Source: Planctomycetota bacterium
Lineage (GTDB): Bacteria > Planctomycetota > UBA1135 > UBA2386
Assembly: GCA_046290465.1 (NCBI GenBank)
Contig: JBKAGP010000001.1
Coordinates: 256,001-320,000 of the forward strand
Direction: 5' to 3'
DNA: 64,000 nucleotides
Shown here: one piece after another, positions 61,266-64,000 of the stretch
Layout of the letters: every line of letters starts with the position of its first letter
Position numbering within the stretch: position 1 is the stretch's first letter
Translations under genes and position numbers: made by a program
The notes under the pieces: model-generated
The model's input: the letters and a program-made list of their open reading frames with translations, nothing else
What the model was told of the DNA's origin: nothing
The model's database searches: none

Positions 61266-62587
61266 TCGACCTCGACCAGCTCGCGCCGCCGGAGACGCGC
61301 CTCGGCCAGCTGCAGCGCGGCCGCGGCGTCGGCCTGCTGCGCGCCCGCACCGAGCCGGGCAGCGTCGACGACGTGCTGCACTGCATCACCGACGACCCGC
61401 GCGTCGACCGCCAGATCGAGTCCCGCGGCCGCTACCTCGGCGAACTGGTCGCCACCCTGCGCGCCGACCTCACCCCGATCGTGCGTTCGCTCGCCGGCGC
61501 CGACGAGGATCGCCTCGGCCACGAGGTGCTGGCGGCGGCTGCGGCCTGTGGCCACGGACCCGCCCGCGCGCTGCTCGAGGACCCGCGCGTCGACGAGGCG
61601 CTGCGCTTTCATGTCGCGTTGTGGCTGGTCGACTGGGACGTGCTCAAGCCGGTCGCGCTGTCGCCGCCGATCCGCGCGCGGGTGATGGCGCAGATGCTGG
61701 ATCTGTCCGACAGCGCCGCGGTCGCCTCGGGGCTGCAGCCCCGCGAACGGCCCGACCTCGCCGCGATGTCGGTCGACGACCTGCTCGAGTTCGCGCGCAG
61801 CGCCCGCGTCGCGCAGCTCGACGACGTGCACGCCGAGCTGGTCCAGCGCACCTCGCCGGCCGACCGCGAACGCCTCTGGTCGTGCCTGCGCGACGACCCG
61901 GTGCACGGCCGGGTGCGCACCGCCGCGCGCGCACTCGGCGCGATGGACGACGACCGGGTGCTGGCGCTGTGCGAACAGCTGTTCGCGCAGGAGGACGTGC
62001 TCGACGATCCGGCGCGCACGCTGGCCGGCCTCGACCGCATGCGCCGCGCTGCGCTCGCCGGCTACGTGCGCCAGCTGCCCGGCCCGCGCCAGCTCGACCT
62101 GGCGCGCCGCTGGCACCCGCGCGGCGGCTACTTCGCGACGGTCGCCGGAACCGCGTTCGCCGACCACGCGACGCGCGACGATCGCACCTACCTCGAACGG
62201 CACGTCGCGGCCGACGTCGTCACCGGCAGCGGCTGGAACATCATCAGCGAACTCGACGCCCTGGCCCGCCTCGCCGACCCGCGCTCGGCGCCGCTGCTCG
62301 CCGAGGTGGCCGAGCAGGTGGCCTACAGCCACGCGCGCCGACGCGCGGTGCACGCCCTGGCGATGATCGCGAGCGAGACCGGGGCGCGCATGGCGGCGCT
62401 GCGCGAAGCGCTGTGGGACAGCGAGGACGAGGCCGCCGCCGACGCCTGCGCGTTCGTCCCGGAGCTCGACGAACAGGCCCGCGGTCGCGTCGCGGAGCTG
62501 GCGCGCGGGCCGGTGTTCGACGACGAACTGCGGCGCCGGGCCAGGCGTCGGTTGCGACGCGGCGGCGGGCCAACGGCTGCGGGGTAG
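61262..62587 (+). CDS. HEAT-repeat-like hypothetical protein; no canonical start codon at the expected position
   Basis: Strong coding bias from 61262; LGQLQRGRG, CITDDPRVDRQIESR, YSHARRRAVHAL and EALWDSE motifs. Confidence 0.65.
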   Translation, partial: VVDLDQLAPPETRLGQLQRGRGVGLLRARTEPGSVDDVLHCITDDPRVDRQIESRGRYLGELVATLRADLTPIVRSLAGADEDRLGHEVLAAAAACGHGPARALLEDPRVDEALRFHVALWLVDWDVLKPVALSPPIRARVMAQMLDLSDSAAVASGLQPRERPDLAAMSVDDLLEFARSARVAQLDDVHAELVQRTSPADRERLWSCLRDDPVHGRVRTAARALGAMDDDRVLALCEQLFAQEDVLDDPARTLAGLDRMRRAALAGYVRQLPGPRQLDLARRWHPRGGYFATVAGTAFADHATRDDRTYLERHVAADVVTGSGWNIISELDALARLADPRSAPLLAEVAEQVAYSHARRRAVHALAMIASETGARMAALREALWDSEDEAAADACAFVPELDEQARGRVAELARGPVFDDELRRRARRRLRRGGGPTAAG

Positions 62588-62672
62588 GGAGCGGTGGGTC
62601 ATCCGAGTTCGCGCTGGTTTCGTGGCGACGAGCGCGCACGGCACTCCGTGCCGCAGTACAACCACCGAGCAC

Positions 62673-62737
62673 GCCAGCCGGACGAGCCAGCCAGACGAGC
62701 CAGCCAGGCGAGCCAGCCCGACAAACCCGCCAGACAC
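62673..62737. repeat. Intergenic 13-bp tandem repeat (GCCAGCCAGACGA), 4-5 degenerate copies
   Basis: gccagccggacga gccagccagacga gccagccaggcga gccagcccgacaa acccgccagacac. Confidence 0.8.
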
Positions 62738-62738
62738 G

Positions 62739-63044
62739 ATGCGAGTGTTCCTAGATGATGAACGGGTGCCACCCGACGGGTGGACCCTGGTGCGATGGCC
62801 CGACGAGGCGATCCGGCTGCTGGAACACGGCGACGTAGAGGAGATCAGCCTGGACCACGACCTCGGCGATGACGAGCGAGGCACCGGCTACGACGTCGTC
62901 CTGTGGATCGAGCAGGCGGTCGCGATGCGCGGCTTCGCCCCGCCGATCGTGCGCGTTCACTCGGCCAACTCGTCGGCGAGGCTCAAGATGGAGGCCGGCA
63001 TCGAGGCGATTGCGAGGTTGGTCCGGGCTCGGGATGATCGCTGA
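62739..63044 (+). CDS. Cyclic-phosphate processing receiver domain protein
   Basis: MRVFLDDER..P.GW, ISLDHDLG, TGYDVVLWIE and VHSAN motifs; stand-alone, about 100 aa. Confidence 0.85.
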   Translation: MRVFLDDERVPPDGWTLVRWPDEAIRLLEHGDVEEISLDHDLGDDERGTGYDVVLWIEQAVAMRGFAPPIVRVHSANSSARLKMEAGIEAIARLVRARDDR

Positions 63045-63077
63045 CGGATCGACGCCCGCCCGACTCCGGAGGCGCTG

Positions 63078-63629
63078 GTGCGCACACAGCCGCTGACCTA
63101 CCTCATCGCAGGCATCCTGATGTCCTTGTGGGGACTCTGGTTCGCGGGCGCCTCTCTGTTGCTGGCCGAGGAGATGGGCCTCGCAGTGCTCGTTCCGGTC
63201 TGGCTCATGCTCGTCGTCGTGCCGACCGTGATCGGAGGCATGTTCGTGTGGCGGTCTGGCACCCTCTGGCACATCAGGAAGGCGGCGCCGAAGCCGGTCG
63301 CAGCACCGGCCAGGACGGCTCGGACCGGGGGCGGGCCGAGGCGAGCCAGCCGCAGCGATCGCCTGCACCAGCTGCTGCTGATCGGGCTGTTGTCGGCGGG
63401 TGCGTCCTGGATCGCCGCCGAAACGAGGTCCGGTCCGTGGACCGCCGAACCACACCATTTGTTCGCCTGTGGCCTGGCCGCGGTGTCGATCTTGGCGCTG
63501 CTGGGTGCGTTGCCGCGGCTGCCGCAGGCCGTGCGTCCGTTCGTCTGGTTCGTGTTGGTCCTCGAACTGCTCGTGATCGCCACGCTTTCGGACGGGCTGA
63601 TGTGGGCGTGGGGGAGGCTGACCGGGTAG
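63078..63629 (+). CDS. Hypothetical membrane protein (about 5 TM)
   Basis: Several hydrophobic segments; GGAGG upstream of the GTG. Confidence 0.55.
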   Translation: MRTQPLTYLIAGILMSLWGLWFAGASLLLAEEMGLAVLVPVWLMLVVVPTVIGGMFVWRSGTLWHIRKAAPKPVAAPARTARTGGGPRRASRSDRLHQLLLIGLLSAGASWIAAETRSGPWTAEPHHLFACGLAAVSILALLGALPRLPQAVRPFVWFVLVLELLVIATLSDGLMWAWGRLTG

Positions 63630-63634
63630 CAGCT

Positions 63635-63678
63635 GCCGGAGTCGGCTGGCGCCGACCGCTCCGCGTCGCGGCTTTTTT
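63635..63678 (+). terminator. Possible intrinsic terminator
   Basis: GC-rich hairpins (GTCGGC-TGGC-GCCGAC; CCGCGTCGCGG) followed by TTTTTT just after a stop codon. Confidence 0.45.
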
Positions 63679-63749
63679 CGCACGGCGGCGACGGATCCGG
63701 TGGTCGGCGTCGTCTCTCCTGCAGAACCAACCCACGAGAGAGAGAACCG

Positions 63750-64000
63750 ATGATCCAACGACTTGCTGCAGTTGCTCTTCTGATTCCGATGGCCCTTTCG
63801 GCGCAGGATGCCCAGGGGGGCCCGGCGGGCCCGTCCCGCCGCGCCGGCCCGGAGCCAGTGGTGGTCTCCTTCAGCTTCGAGGGCGGCACGCTGAAGGAGT
63901 TCGTCGCCGCCGTGCGCAAGGACCAGCCGAAGGCCAACATCGTGCTGGCGACGCGCGCCGATTCGGCGGTGATCCCGCCGATGATCCTGCGCGACGCCGG
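63750..64000 (+). CDS. Secreted hypothetical protein, 3' end truncated by the window edge
   Basis: MIQRLAAVALLIPMALSA-Q signal peptide, then SFSFEGGTLKEFVAAV..ANIVL; open to the window end. Confidence 0.6.
   Translation, partial: MIQRLAAVALLIPMALSAQDAQGGPAGPSRRAGPEPVVVSFSFEGGTLKEFVAAVRKDQPKANIVLATRADSAVIPPMILRDA

Overview
A very GC-rich (roughly 70% by eye), densely coding bacterial chromosomal segment, most likely from a Planctomycetota genome. This is inferred from a PVC-type heme-binding dehydrogenase, an ECF sigma/Ser-Thr kinase pair, a sulfatase and a giant TPR-C39 protein. It holds about 49 genes. These include housekeeping genes (gap, pgk, tilS, lpxB, trpG/pabA, trkA, a ubiD-family gene, xylAB), DNA-damage genes (dinB and an mrfAB/yprAB-like helicase-exonuclease pair), signalling modules (FHA-kinase, two ECF sigma systems), and many secreted or hypothetical proteins. 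I saw no rRNA, tRNA, CRISPR array, integrase or transposase. The most interesting signals are non-coding or sub-gene scale. (1) A shared GTTY-N7-GTTC direct-repeat box sits at the promoters of both dinB and mrfAB (candidate SOS/LexA operator). (2) Many genes have leaderless-type promoters, with TANNNT 6-7 nt before the start. Two of these drive tiny uORFs whose stop codons overlap the start of mrfA and of a cation/H+ antiporter. (3) A cluster of seven co-oriented DnaA-box-like motifs lies upstream of dinB. (4) A REP-like palindromic repeat family recurs in intergenic gaps. (5) An ADP-ribosylglycohydrolase is broken by one in-frame TAG. (6) A GmhB-like protein has degenerate catalytic motifs. 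(7) Tandem micro-duplications of 12-21 bp occur at many gene ends. All calls come from reading motifs by eye; no database search was run.
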